A DNA stretch of 55,831 nucleotides, counting the filler, from Catajapyx aquilonaris (taxonomy: Eukaryota): the NCBI GenBank assembly GCA_000934665.2. It is 4 parts of 4 records of this genome, joined end to end, with 100 filler letters (N's around TTAATTAATTAA, not from the genome) between each part and the next. Parts side by side here need not be neighbours in the genome. Positions count along the whole stretch, not along the records: positions 1 to 13,888 come from JYFJ02007953.1; 3 more parts are not named here. One strand, given 5' to 3'. This document shows, piece by piece, positions 1-11,790 of this stretch. Each line of letters begins with the position of its first letter. Position 1 is the stretch's first letter. The notes under the pieces were generated by a model that was not told the origin of the DNA, searched no databases, and saw nothing but the letters and a program-made list of their open reading frames with translations. The position numbers and the translations under genes are program-made.

Positions 1-118
1 ATAACGCATATTTTAAAATAACGGGTAACCTTGTAATCGTTACGCGAAAATAACGTTTTTTTCCATCACTAACATGAGCTCTAAAACTTCCAGCTTCTTC
101 CGCGCAACCGTCAGCGCC

Positions 119-176
119 AATGCGTCCAAAAAGTAAACAGTGACGTAATGCGTCCAAAAAGTAAACATGACGTAGG
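119..176. repeat. Two-copy ~28-bp tandem repeat
   Basis: AATGCGTCCAAAAAGTAAACA(G)TGACGT occurs twice head to tail. Confidence 0.8.
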
Positions 177-244
177 TACTGCCACGTCACATCCGGGGCC
201 CCGCTTTTCTCCCCCTTCCGGATCGGCGCCACTGGAGGAAGGAT

Positions 245-698
245 CAGTGTTACCAGATGTACCGTAATTATGGTATTCATACCATAATTTCGGGTCCCGT
301 ACCATGTACCATTATGGTACGCAAAAAGTACCAATATTTTGTCAAGTCCAATGTTACTCTTCCATGAAAAAAGTGCTACCAATTTAACCAATTATACACC
401 CATTCAAATCTCCCAGTAGGTTACATTCACCAAAACTTGTGTGACCTTGAACCAAAAAAAAATCGCCTGCCCCTCCCCGCCAGTACTTTACTACTTCCCC
501 CGGTTTGGACTACTTACTTTAACATGTTTCACTTCTTAATGAGGGCTATTTAAATTTAAAATGTCTTTAATTAACATTAATTACGCCATTTTTGAAATGT
601 ACCATATTTTTCGGAAAAGTACCATTAATTTCGAGGGTTAGTATCGGGTTAGTATGGTTGGTATACCATTAACTCGATCTCACGATCTGGCAACTCTG
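245..698. mobile_element. Non-autonomous hAT-type MITE
   Basis: TIRs CAGTGTTACCAGAT (245) and ATCTGGCAACTCTG (ends 698); identical 8-bp TSD GGAAGGAT at 237-244 and 699-706. Confidence 0.85.
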
Positions 699-2086
699 GG
701 AAGGATCATGTTAACCGATGGTGATCAGTGCTGTGTATATTCACTTTGCGAAGCTACAATTAGGATGGTGCGTATGTTCTGGTAATGCATGGTACTTGCT
801 GCATTTACTAACTGGTAAATACTACTGTCTGATATAGTGATATAACTGATGATTGTCCTATAAAGTGCCAGACTTAAAACAGTCTTGGTTGTCATGCTGT
901 TGAATTACACCAGTGGCTGGAGAAGTTCAGAGGAAGTCATGTAGGCCTACACAATGCAGTATACGCGTAATTATTATTGCACTAAAAATGCATATTTGCA
1001 TCTTTTGAATAATTGTGAAAATTAACAACTGGAACTGGTGCAGCTGAGAGCAAATGAGAGGAACATGGGCTTGCCAACATTTTGAAGGAGAAAGCAGCAG
1101 GAATAGCTATATGCTGAAAGAAATGCATAAAAAGCAGTGTAGGGGGTATCTTCATTCTCACTGCAACTCATTATTTTTTCCATACTCATATTGTAGCTCA
1201 TATAAGCAAAATCATGGCAAGAGTGAAATGACATCCCTCCCCCTGAATTTTGTCTTTTGGATTTTATTTGCCTCTGATGTGGACTTGTGTGAGATTTTTA
1301 TTTGGTGAGTAAACGAGGAAAGATCTTGTCTTGTTTGCTTTCTTTATGAATTGGTTATAACTACACTAATTTTTAATGATGGGTAATACGAAATTATATT
1401 TCATTGTAGTTCATGTACATAAAAAATGTGTCAGTATGACTGCTCCAATTTTTTTACTACAGTAGGCCTATACAGAAATGGTGTCCCAACCTGTAGCTAA
1501 AACTGCGCACGTTACTTCTCCATATGTGCCAATATATTGCTATAATTTGCAAATTTCAAGGATTGCATAATTATTAATGTGACAGAAGAATTGCACAATA
1601 TGTTGGTGCCTGATTCTCATCCTCCCATCCTCTCATGTAGGCTTCCAAAACTTGCAAAGAAAGTAGCTACACTGAAAACTTTGTATGCATACAAAAATAT
1701 TTACTTAGCTATAGATCCTTGTGCTTGCCATACATATACTACTTTGTGCAGGCAATGACGTATGTATGGCACCCCAGGAAAGTTGTTCAATTCTCTGATT
1801 GGTTCTTAACAGATCTGTTGATTGTTCTGACCTGCATAATGTGGCACACATATTTTTTACTGGTATAATCTAGACTAGATGTCTGTTGCAATAATGCAAG
1901 AAAACTCTGTTACATCAATAATTTTTATTAGCTCTAACACGAAAACAGCTTGTCACAAATTAATGTTAACTTTTCTAACTATTTCAAAACTCTGACAATC
2001 GTTCCGAAACCAAATAGGCATCATGTTGACGATAAATTGTTACAGACTCTGTTTGAAATTCCTTGTTAAACATGCGGCAATGAAGA

Positions 2087-2631
2087 TTAGCAAATGTTTT
2101 CTGGGTTGTAAGGGCAAAACTTCTCCGTGCAGGAATCTTGCAGGGGCGGACTTCTGCATGTACAGGTATTGCATCCTTTCTTGTAGGTTTCTCCAGGTTC
2201 GCAAGGGTCTACAAAAAAGAGAGGACATTTTTTTAATAAAAGGGGGGGGGGGATATAAATCCATGTAAGTTATATTTTATTGCGGGTTATAAATTCAATG
2301 TAGGAGAACTTTGCCTCATGATCCAACAACACATTTTAAGCAAAGAAATTATTAGCAAAATCAAAATATATATTGTATGCTACAAGTAATGAGGAAACAC
2401 AATTTTCTTACAAAATTGTAATTATTTGCTATCGATCGAAAGTACTGTATTGGACAATTTTTAACGTTGGAATTTCTATACGAATTAGTCAGAAAGATCA
2501 TGAAAAGGCAGTACAAAAAAAATTCATTGCCAAGCATAAGATCTATACGTATTCTCACCTGGGCGGCAATCCAAATAAACACCATCAACAACCAGTAGTA
2601 GAAAGCAGACAATGGCAAAGAACTTAATCAT
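2087..2631 (-). CDS. Secreted pacifastin-domain peptide (cluster copy 1; WAP domain lost)
   Basis: Exon 1 2631-2559 MIKFFAIVCFLLLVVDGVYLDCRP, phase-1 GT..AG intron, exon 2 2208-2087 DPCEPGETYKKGCNTCTCRSPPLQDSCTEKFCPYNPENIC*. C-x9-C-N-x-C-x-C...C-T-x3-C pacifastin pattern. Not in the supplied ORF track in this frame. Confidence 0.8.
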
Positions 2632-3038
2632 AATTCCTGATTAGTCTACTTAATTAATCAGAAGTGTTAATCAGTTATACTGCCTCTTCCAAGCTGCACT
2701 GACGAAATGAGCCATCACTTGTGACAATGAGTTGCACAGTTGCGCAGTTTTCATCACGCATGTGCTGGCAATGACGTACAGTCCGGGTACAGTACACAAA
2801 GAGCAAACAAATGCAGGTTTGATATGCAGCTGGGGTTAGTTCCAGAAAAACAGGATCATTAAATGAAAAGTCACAAAATGAGATAACATAATTATATCGT
2901 TGTTTCGCTCTATGTGTCACAACTTCATACTATCCATGCAAACCATGTTGCGCGGACATCACAGGCTGGCAGCTGTTCTCGGGCAACTTGCAAATGGAGA
3001 CTGATGCAGGAGGTGGACATTGTCCCTGCAGCTCGCCT

Positions 3039-3289
3039 CTACCTGCAGGCCATATCGGTACATACGTCTTCATACGGTGTGTTTCCACAGGTGCAAGTAT
3101 TGTTGCAGTCGTTCTGATACGTCTCTCCTAGTGGGCAAGGATCTAATCGGAAATAGAAGACGATCCGGGTAAAGATCCTTATTAAAACCAATCAAAATTG
3201 AAAGACTGAATACTTCTCTTACACGGTCGTAAAGCCAAGGTTAATCCTGCAACCATCAGCAAGAAGAAGACAGAAAAGGCTTGGGACAT
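3039..3289 (-). CDS. Secreted pacifastin-domain peptide (copy 2; premature stop, frameshifted WAP remnant downstream; possibly a pseudogene)
   Basis: Exon 1 3289-3223 MSQAFSVFFLLMVAGLTLALRP, exon 2 3142-3039 YPCPLGETYQNDCNNTCTCGNTPYEDVCTDMACR*. After the stop, shifted frames read GQCPPPASVSICKLPENSC and CPRNMVC down to about 2920. Confidence 0.7.
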
Positions 3290-4333
3290 GATATGGCCTA
3301 GGGATATATGCTCTTGCTTCTGGTGCAAATGTCTGCCATGAAAATGCTTATATGCTTCTGCTGAGCAATAAATTTATGACTGAGCTCAACTGTTATTTAG
3401 CTGTGACGCAAATGGGAATATGATGGAACCATCTGTTAATTTCGGAATGGTGGATAAGTTGTGTTACTGATTTTATTGCACCACTGTTGCATCACAGTAT
3501 TTTTTGTAAAATTGGTGCTTCAATATACAACTTTAACTGCTTTTAACTGCTCATAAATCTGCGGAAAGGCATCACTCGAGCTCGATGATAATAATTATAA
3601 CACTTTTTATTTTTAACTTGGTATGACCACTGAGATTTTCAACCACATTTTGTGTATCTATTGGGCACGTAATTAAAATTACTTGATGACCAGCATCATT
3701 TGAATATGTTTAAAAAGTCATGGTCTTGAGGAGGGAACACAAACTAACCATCATAGTTCATACCTTGCGTTTGAAGCTCATTATTACAACTGAATGTGAG
3801 TAATCAATCTGCAGAAGCCATAATTATGTGATGTCCATATCAAGTGATTCTCTGATGCCCTAAAAAATCTGAATCGTGTATCATGCATTAAAACCAAGGA
3901 TATACTCGTATATGTATAATAAGAAGTGTACATAATTTATGCTTCTGCAAACAATATTATCATGCTTGTTCATTTTATTTACTGCGGTTTTAAGATATTC
4001 GTACAACATTACTGTTTTCTGAGGTTCAATATTTTCAAATAGCCGAGATATGAATGAGATGAGATGATGCACTTATTTGTGTGGTTCAATTTTAGAGTTT
4101 TTTTTAAGGAGACTACGTTTGAAACGTCAGTTAATGTTATTTCTGTAATAAAGACAAGTAGTCCTGCTCCATTACTGTATTAATGTATAAGAGTAATGTT
4201 GACAACATGTAGATAAACTACGACTGCTTAACACCACCAGTATGCAATGATTGTGATGAATTTTCCATTTATGAATTTTACAAAATTCCTCTTAAAATAT
4301 TTCATCCCGCTCTAGATCATTATCCCAGCCGGT

Positions 4334-5027
4334 TTAGACCTTTGTGCAATAACTGTTGCATCCTGAAGGGCAGCATTTCTGACCCTCCGGGCATTGGTCA
4401 TCACTCCTGCTGCAGCTGTTCGGGTCGTACATGCAAATTCCTGCCATGTCATTAGGAGGGCATGTTCCAGACTTGATGGAACAATACTTCCTGGTACACC
4501 TGTCTGGAGCTGGTGGTTCCCCACATATACATGTGTTGCAGTCCCTCATATATGAGTCCCCTGGATTACACGGATCTGATTGTGAGAGAAAAAAATGCGA
4601 CAATATTTTTGAATGTTCGTTACTTCTGTAAGAAATGCGGATTTTACAATAGAAATAATTTTGAATTGGTATTTTTTCCTCCATTTAGTTGTTTTTACTT
4701 TGTTCGCGGTCAGTCTCTTAATTCTCTATAGTAACTTATAGTACAGAATAAGTTTGGGACATTGTTTTGATTTACCGCCATAACTAATCATTAAAGGGAT
4801 TGCAATAGGCTTGGATGGTAATGACCAAGATCCTCTTCAATCAAGTCTTCAATCATGAATATCCGTTTAAAACATCATCAAATCATTTTGAGTGAGAACC
4901 TCTCTCAACAAATAAAATATTCTTAAAGCACAGTTTTACCAAGAGCTTGGTTTTACTTACTTGGTCTATCAGCAGCAACAATTCCTACCACCATAAGAAA
5001 GAAACAGATCGCGAAGACTTTTGACAT
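4334..5027 (-). CDS. Secreted pacifastin + WAP domain protein (copy 3)
   Basis: Exon 1 5027-4961 MSKVFAICFFLMVVGIVAADRP, exon 2 4575-4334 NPCNPGDSYMRDCNTCICGEPPAPDRCTRKYC-SIKSGTCPPNDMAGICMYDPNSCSRSDDQCPEGQKCCPSGCNSYCTKV*. WAP signature KxGxCP...C..D..C....KCC..GC...C. Confidence 0.92.
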
Positions 5028-5819
5028 GATTTTGCTTCGGTTCGCCTATAGTTGAAATCCTCAGTTTGTGTCCACACAACCTTCTCTTCAAAACGCTGGT
5101 GATGAAGTCCGAGATTGCAAGGAATAAATTCAATATAAGAACACATTATGGATCACATGCTGAGCAGGCAATGACGTAAATATGGCGCCACTTGCTAGTT
5201 TTTGAATTTCTGCGTAAGGTACTTAACGAATATGTTGATTCTTACGATTGTTGTGCTATGCTAATTAGAATGTGCGTCGCGAATTTTTAGCTGCAACTTA
5301 TAATTGCAAATATGGCCAAAAGTGAATGCGGAAGAATGGTTGAAAATATATTTAGCAAATGGTGGAAAAAGGCGATTCAAAATATGCATGATTCAAAGAA
5401 GAGCGAAGCGTTTTACATAATGTGCTAGTTGTAGCTAGTAACGTTTAGATTTATTCTGATGCAGGTGGCAATCGGAATATTAACATTATTATTCACGAGG
5501 AAATGAGTACCATCAGTTGCGGCATTGAGTCGCACATTTGCTAATTTCCATCAGACATGTGGCAAACGCAAATAGTACACAACTATTGTAAACAAACTGA
5601 GTGCAATCAGGTTAGGTTCCAACAAAACAGGGTCGCAATTCGCAAATGAAAAGTCCCAACATGTTGCAAAATCATAATTTTATTGAATTAGATACCTTCC
5701 CAGAGTTTTCCCATGCACAGTACTAATATTAATGTGTTCAATGCTCAATATTTGAAACATTTAATACCCTCACACATATTACAATGGAAGCTTCCTATAG
5801 TTGAAGATCATCGAGTTCT

Positions 5820-6437
5820 TTATATGTCCTTGCAAACTTTGTTGCATCCTGAAGGACAACACTTTCGTTTTCCGCAACATTGGTAGTCATCCAGGCAGTT
5901 TATCTTCGGGTCGAACACACAGTCTCCAATGGTAGTGTCAGCAGGACAAGTTCCTGGTTTCTCTCCGCAGAACTTCCTGGTGCAAGCGTCTTCACCTGGT
6001 GCATTACCACATTTGCAGTTGTTGCAGCCATTGAAGTACGGTGTTCCTGGCGTACACGGGTCTGCATAATGCAACATTAGAGTATACCATAAATATTTAA
6101 TGCACTCACTTTTCGTAGAATATTCCTGAGTCTAAAATACTGGATTTTTATAACATCACTATTTAATAGGGAATATTCTGCTCGGTAGACTATTATCATA
6201 GCACAAACTGTCGAAGATATTTACATGTCAGCCACTGCTAATAAAAATTGCTAAAACTTGTTAAAAAAATATCTGACCTAAAATTACGTGTTCATAATTA
6301 TTGTCGAGAGCTCATAAGAATGCAAGTAAAGAAGAGTTGAAAATTGTTCTCTGACCTGGACGACAGTTCGAGCCTTCTCCGGTGACCCAAACAATCCCCG
6401 GCATCACAAAGCAAAAGACGAAGTACTTCATAAGCAT
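5820..6437 (-). CDS. Secreted pacifastin + WAP domain protein (copy 4)
   Basis: Exon 1 6437-6356 MLMKYFVFCFVMPGIVWVTGEGSNCRP, exon 2 6061-5820 DPCTPGTPYFNGCNNCKCGNAPGEDACTRKFC-GEKPGTCPADTTIGDCVFDPKINCLDDYQCCGKRKCCPSGCNKVCKDI*. Confidence 0.92.
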
Positions 6438-7250
6438 AATTTATGGTTAGTGTATTTAAACAATCAAGAATGAACAGCTTCCCTTGGCAAATCCAAATGA
6501 GGAAATGAGCATCTTTATTGTAGTATTGCTATATGAAACAGTTGTGGCCATGACGCACAGCATGATTCTATTATGATCATGATGCAGGTGCAATCAAATA
6601 TCACATGACCTCATATTAATTACCATTGCGAATTTGTCGTGGTATTTATTTTCCAGGCACGACAAAATAAAGAGAACACCACAGCGTCATTTTTTTTAAT
6701 CCTGGTAAAAAGGGCCAGATCTTTTAGATCATACTCTCTTCGTACGTATAGGGTCGGGGAGATATTTCAAAGGAGAAGGAAGATCGGTTTTCTGTGTGTG
6801 TGCGTGTGCTTGGAAGGTTGACCTTGCCCCGAATACAAGTTTCTGGTTGAATTTTTGGGCCACTGCACTGGTTGACAGAAAGATGTCTTGGGTGCTGCCA
6901 ATGGTGCTGCAGGTATAGGGAAAGCTTCGAAAATAAGCTGGTAAGCGAAATGTGTAATACGATTTTAGACAATGAAGGGACACTGCATTTTCTACTTGTA
7001 CAAGTAGTTGTCTGTAAAACGTGGTAAAATGGAGCACTATGTGACAGATGCCACTATCGTCGTTTTTGTGCCTCGTTTGTCTAACGACAATATTTGTGCT
7101 TGTTAACAATATTATTTATCCGTATTTTAATCATTCACTTTCATTCTTGCATTGTCGTAATAGCAGATTTGGGTCATTTCTGGACCATTCTTGCAAATAC
7201 TTCGTAGGCCGATATAATATGTCAAATCCGAGCGTATATTCGCGTAATAA

Positions 7251-9630
7251 TAATAAAAATAAATAATAATTAATAATTAATTTAATTTAATTTGTTTATT
7301 ACCGCCCCCCCGCGAGGTATAATACATCAGATAGGGGAGGGGGGAGTCTCACAGAACAATATCACAAAAGTTTAAAGATCGTGCCAACGTACAGAAGAAA
7401 AAATATAAATTGGTCGCAAAAGATGGGAGATTGGAAGTCAAAACAAAGTAAAACCGGTCAGGCGGAGATTTCGGGAATTGAGATAAGTATTTCGTCCTTG
7501 GGGCGTAACCAAAAGGACAGTCGTATATCAAATAATGAAACAAGCCCAAATTGACGGAAATATTACAAAGGGAGCAATTATTCTCACTATCCAATGGAAA
7601 TTTGTAGCCAGTAATGTATAAGTTTGTAGAACTATTGCGTAAGTTAATTATTAACCGTTTTAATACTGAAGAAAGTGAATTTCCCCAGTATTTGGTCCAA
7701 AGTTAACTCCCGGTATGTTTTGTTGCTCAAAAATATCCTTCATATCCGCTATGAAGAGATTAAATAGGACTGGGCTCAGTGATTCTCCTTGCAAGACTCC
7801 AGTTTTTATAGCGATCGGCGCTTCACTGCTGCCCATTGAAATCGAAGCTTGATCATATAGCGAACTAAGTATTTTCAAAAAATTATTATTCCCTATACCA
7901 TATTTATTTAGTTTACAGAACAGCAGTGAGTGGTTCACCGAATCAAAAGCTATTGAAAGGTCCAAAAATAGGGTGTAAAGTTTACCGGATCTTTTAGCCG
8001 TATATTTTTGTGCCAATACCGATAAGGTGAAAGTCAAATCACTGCAGCTTTTGCCAGGTCTAAAACCTGCCTGTGTGAGTGGGAAGATCCTATTACTTTC
8101 TGCCCACTGCAAAAGGCGAGCAACCAGCAGAATAGACGTTAGGAGCTTCACTACACAGTTTACCAGGGATATCGGTCAGAAATTCTTTGGATCTACAGGG
8201 TCCCCCTTCTTATACACTGGAATGACCTTATAAGCTTGGTCCAGTCTGCTGGAAGTTCTCCCACGTTTAGTAAATTGTTGAAAGTTTTCAGTAGTATTGG
8301 TTTCATACATTCTAACTTAAAAATTTCATTAGGTATCAAATCGGGACCTGGGGACTTGTTTACTTTCAGCCTAAGTATCGCAGTACCTAATTCTGAGTCC
8401 GTAATAGGGTCATCCAGCAGAGGAATTGGAGGCCATGTCATTGTGCAAGTTGAAAGGGTAGGGTTAAAGGAGCTTGCTGCATATATCTCACTTAAGTAGT
8501 CGACCCATATTTGATTTGCGATACCAATTCGGCTAACTTTCTTTTTGCTTCCATTTACAATTTCCCAGAATTTGGAGGGATTTGCGGACTTTAGTAAATC
8601 ATTTAAGGTAACTTTATAATATTTCCGTCTTTTAGCATTTAATAATTTGTGATAAAGTTTATTCGAAAGTGTGTATTTATTCCTGTCCTCCGGCTGACCT
8701 GTTCCCCTCCATCTTTTTAAGTTTCTCATAACACAGTCTTTTTTCTTTCTTAACACAACATCGTACCAGGGTGCTCTTTCCGCACCTTTAGGGAGATCTC
8801 GACTCTTGGCCTTTACAATCAGGCCAAATTGATTTAAAGTATCAGTTAACTTAACTTGCATTGAGGAGGCTATTTTAACTGGCTCAGTTTCTTCGTAAAT
8901 ATCATTCAATACTTCTATTAACGCTGGTTCCAAAAAAGTGAAACCTCCTTTAGGTCTAATTAGTACCAATGAGTTTGACTCAGTGTAAGACCCTTCATCG
9001 AATGGGACTCTGCCTACTCGCATATAAATCTCAAGGCCCACTGGAAAGTGATCTGATCCTATCTGGTTTAATACTATTTGATTCAGGTCAAGGTGACAAA
9101 GGTTATGAGAGACACTTACTAAATCGACCACACTGTTACCTATTGAAGAGCAAAATGTATAATTTCCAGATGTGTCATTATCTATCAGCCCGTTTAGTGT
9201 AGTGAGTGATAGATTATCCGAAAATTCCCTAAATAGCTTTCCTCTCCTGTTCACTACATCATCTTGTGTGTCTACATTCGGTTTCTGCGGCCAAGGGAAC
9301 ACTTCTGTGGTATCCAACCCGAGCATTATAATCTCCCATCAAAATAATTTGTTTGCCAGACGCAACATAACTTTCAACTAGTTTTTCTAGCTCTGACAGC
9401 ACAAAATCGTATTGCGGGTCTGGGGGGATATAAACTATGCCAAACAAAATTGTACCTAAAACATGGGACCCAATGTAATATCTAGAAGAAACAATCAGTC
9501 GTGGACGCCACTTGCGTGTATTCTTAACTAACAAAACAAGCCCACCTGATAAGCGACCTTTTTGCGCCACTGTTATCGCACATTCTTTGAACACACAGTA
9601 TTCCTTATCAGCGAATGCCATGTCTATAAT
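7251..9630 (-). mobile_element. 5'-truncated, frameshifted and internally deleted non-LTR retrotransposon (APE endonuclease + reverse transcriptase)
   Basis: Endonuclease motifs (GRLSGG, VYIPP, MGDYNAR, SVVDL, GSDHFPV) and RT motifs (KSPGPDLIP, QAGFRPG, FLDLSIAFDSV, GVLQGESLSPVLFNLFI). RT breaks at LQY* (YADD position), then a CSLC..H....CP knuckle (7349-7594). AATAAA plus TTA-rich tail near 7251-7300. 16-bp TSD TATATTCGCGTAATAA at 7235-7250 and 9631-9646. Confidence 0.93.
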
Positions 9631-10369
9631 TATATTCGCGTAATAAAACACGAGTCAAAAGAAGGTCATTGAGACAAAGTGAATGCATCAAAAAATCAAA
9701 CACTGTAGTGTGGGCATTATGCCATTATCAGAACTACGGGCGCCTGTTCCAACAATGGCTAACTCAATTTTTACCATTGAAATGAGATTGATTGATCTGC
9801 ATTTTAGGTCTTTAAGTGAATATACTGTATTATACAATTTCATGGCCGGTTAATAATAATCCAGCTGCAGTTCTTTCACAAAACATTTGCGCGTGCCATG
9901 TTCGCTTAATTTCATTACAACATTGACGCACCTGTTTAATCAGAGTTACATTGGCGGAAAAGCTGGTTCCTTTTTTACCCGAAACAATAGACTTATCGAC
10001 ATTCCAGCACTGGTATGCAGTACAATAGCGAATATGTCTCTTTATTTCCAAATACTCAAAGCGAATCATTGTTATTACAAATGAGGCACCACATTACGGC
10101 CAAAGTGATGGGATTAATAGTTTTTTGTGATTAAAAAAAAAAACTGTGCATAATGAATATAGGTGTGACAAACTAATAATTTAGCCCCCATTATTAGCAT
10201 ATACTAGAAACGTTTTCATAATTATACAGTGCCGTATCTCACAATTGATTTGATATAATATATAGACCACATAACGTTTTATTATTATTTTTAAAGCGAT
10301 AATTATTCTTGGTTGTCCAATGTCCATATATTCGAAATATGATGTCCCTTTGCGTTATATTTAAAGTCT

Positions 10370-10906
10370 TTAAAATATAATCTTGCAAGTTCTGTTGCAA
10401 CCTGACGAACAACACTTTTGATTTCCACAGCAGCTGTAGTCGTCCAGACAGTTTATCTTCGGGTTCAACGCACAGTCTCCCGTGGTCCTGTCAACGGGAC
10501 ATTTTCCTGGTTTCTCGGGACATACTCTCTTGTTGCATCTGTCTTCCCCTGGTGTATTGCCACAAGTGCAGTAATTGCAGCCATTGTAGTATGGAGTGCC
10601 AGGCTCACAGAAATCTGTTCAAATTAATAACCTCGAATATAACATCAATAGGACTGGTGCTAACATGTATCTCAGTCAATGAAATCTCAGTGCACTGTTG
10701 CATCTGAAGCTAGGTGGCATGTAATTACGTAAATGAGGGGTTGGATCAAAAAACTTGATAACCCTTACAGTAGAGTAGAAGGGTTATCAAGTTTTTCGAT
10801 CCAACCCCTCAAATGTCGGAATTATTTTTTTCTCACCTGGACGACAAGCCAAAGAGACCCCAACAATGGCCAACAAAAATAGGCTGACAGAATTCTTGAA
10901 CATCAT
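10370..10906 (-). CDS. Secreted pacifastin + WAP domain protein (copy 5)
   Basis: Exon 1 10906-10837 MMFKNSVSLFLLAIVGVSLACRP, exon 2 10614-10370 DFCEPGTPYYNGCNYCTCGNTPGEDRCNKRVC-PEKPGKCPVDRTTGDCALNPKINCLDDYSCCGNQKCCSSGCNRTCKIIF*. Missed by the ORF track. Confidence 0.92.
10734..10811. repeat. Short foldback (~33-bp arms) in the intron of copy 5, probable mini-MITE
   Basis: TGAGGGGTTGGATCAAAAAACTTGATAACCCTT ... AAGGGTTATCAAGTTTTTCGATCCAACCCCTCA, 1 mismatch. Confidence 0.8.
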
Positions 10907-11073
10907 CGTGGTTAGTAGATGTAGGACGTAGGAGTGTTGAAAAAACAAATCTGCTGCCTTTACCATACTCGCATGATGAGTTAAGCACTAGTTGTTTACT
11001 GCGTAGCGATTGGCTTTTTGTGGCATTTTTATTAAACAATTAGGGTCGCGGGTCGTGACGCATAGTTTCATTA

Positions 11074-11164
11074 CTGTCAGGTGCTTCGTCTTCATTGGTC
11101 CAACGTCCAAATATATGGTAGACTCGATACCATATCTTTGGACCAATGGAGAAGCACCTGGCAG
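11074..11164. repeat. Imperfect ~90-bp inverted repeat upstream of copy 5
   Basis: CTGTCAGGTGCTTC..CATTGGTCCAA..ATATGGTA pairs with TACCATAT..TTGGACCAATG..GAAGCACCTGGCAG. Confidence 0.7.
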
Positions 11165-11790
11165 GTCAGAACTTTAGTGACATCGAGTAAGTGAAAGAGG
11201 CCATCCCCCACTGGCTCCCCACCCACCCCCAGACTGACGCGTTGTCCCGAGAGGACAAGTGCACCAAAGTGTATGGTGACTATATCAGACTATGTCTCAA
11301 ATTAGAGTAAGACTTGCACTTTCATATGTACAGTATATCTCGGTTTCAGTTTCTCTATAGTGAAACTTTTGAATTTAAAAAGTATTCAATTACTTTCTGA
11401 TTCACCCTCGTATCATTCCAGGTAGGTTATGAGGCATTTCGAGAATTAAATTACGTAAATCCATTTGCCCATTTTTATTATCTTTTATATGTTGTACAAA
11501 TATCAACCTGAAAGAAGCATATTAATTTCTTAATTATAAAGGAAATGAAATACATATCTACTTAACTCATGAGGCTCATTTCATTATCACTTATGATGGG
11601 ATCCATTTTTTCTCGCACATTTCTCTAAGATTATAAGGGAGTATATTATAGGCTATAGTATTGTTCTATCAAAAAACCTATACCGGACCATTAGGAAGTA
11701 AGCATCAAAAAATGATGAATGAATACTTTTTTTTCGAATGCGAGGTTATCATTTTAATCAACCCCATTCTCTATCGCATTACATTTCTGA

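Noticed and set aside
1022..1308. Cys-containing short ORFs as a further cluster member
   Set aside because: No pacifastin or WAP Cys spacing and no xRP|GT signal exon.
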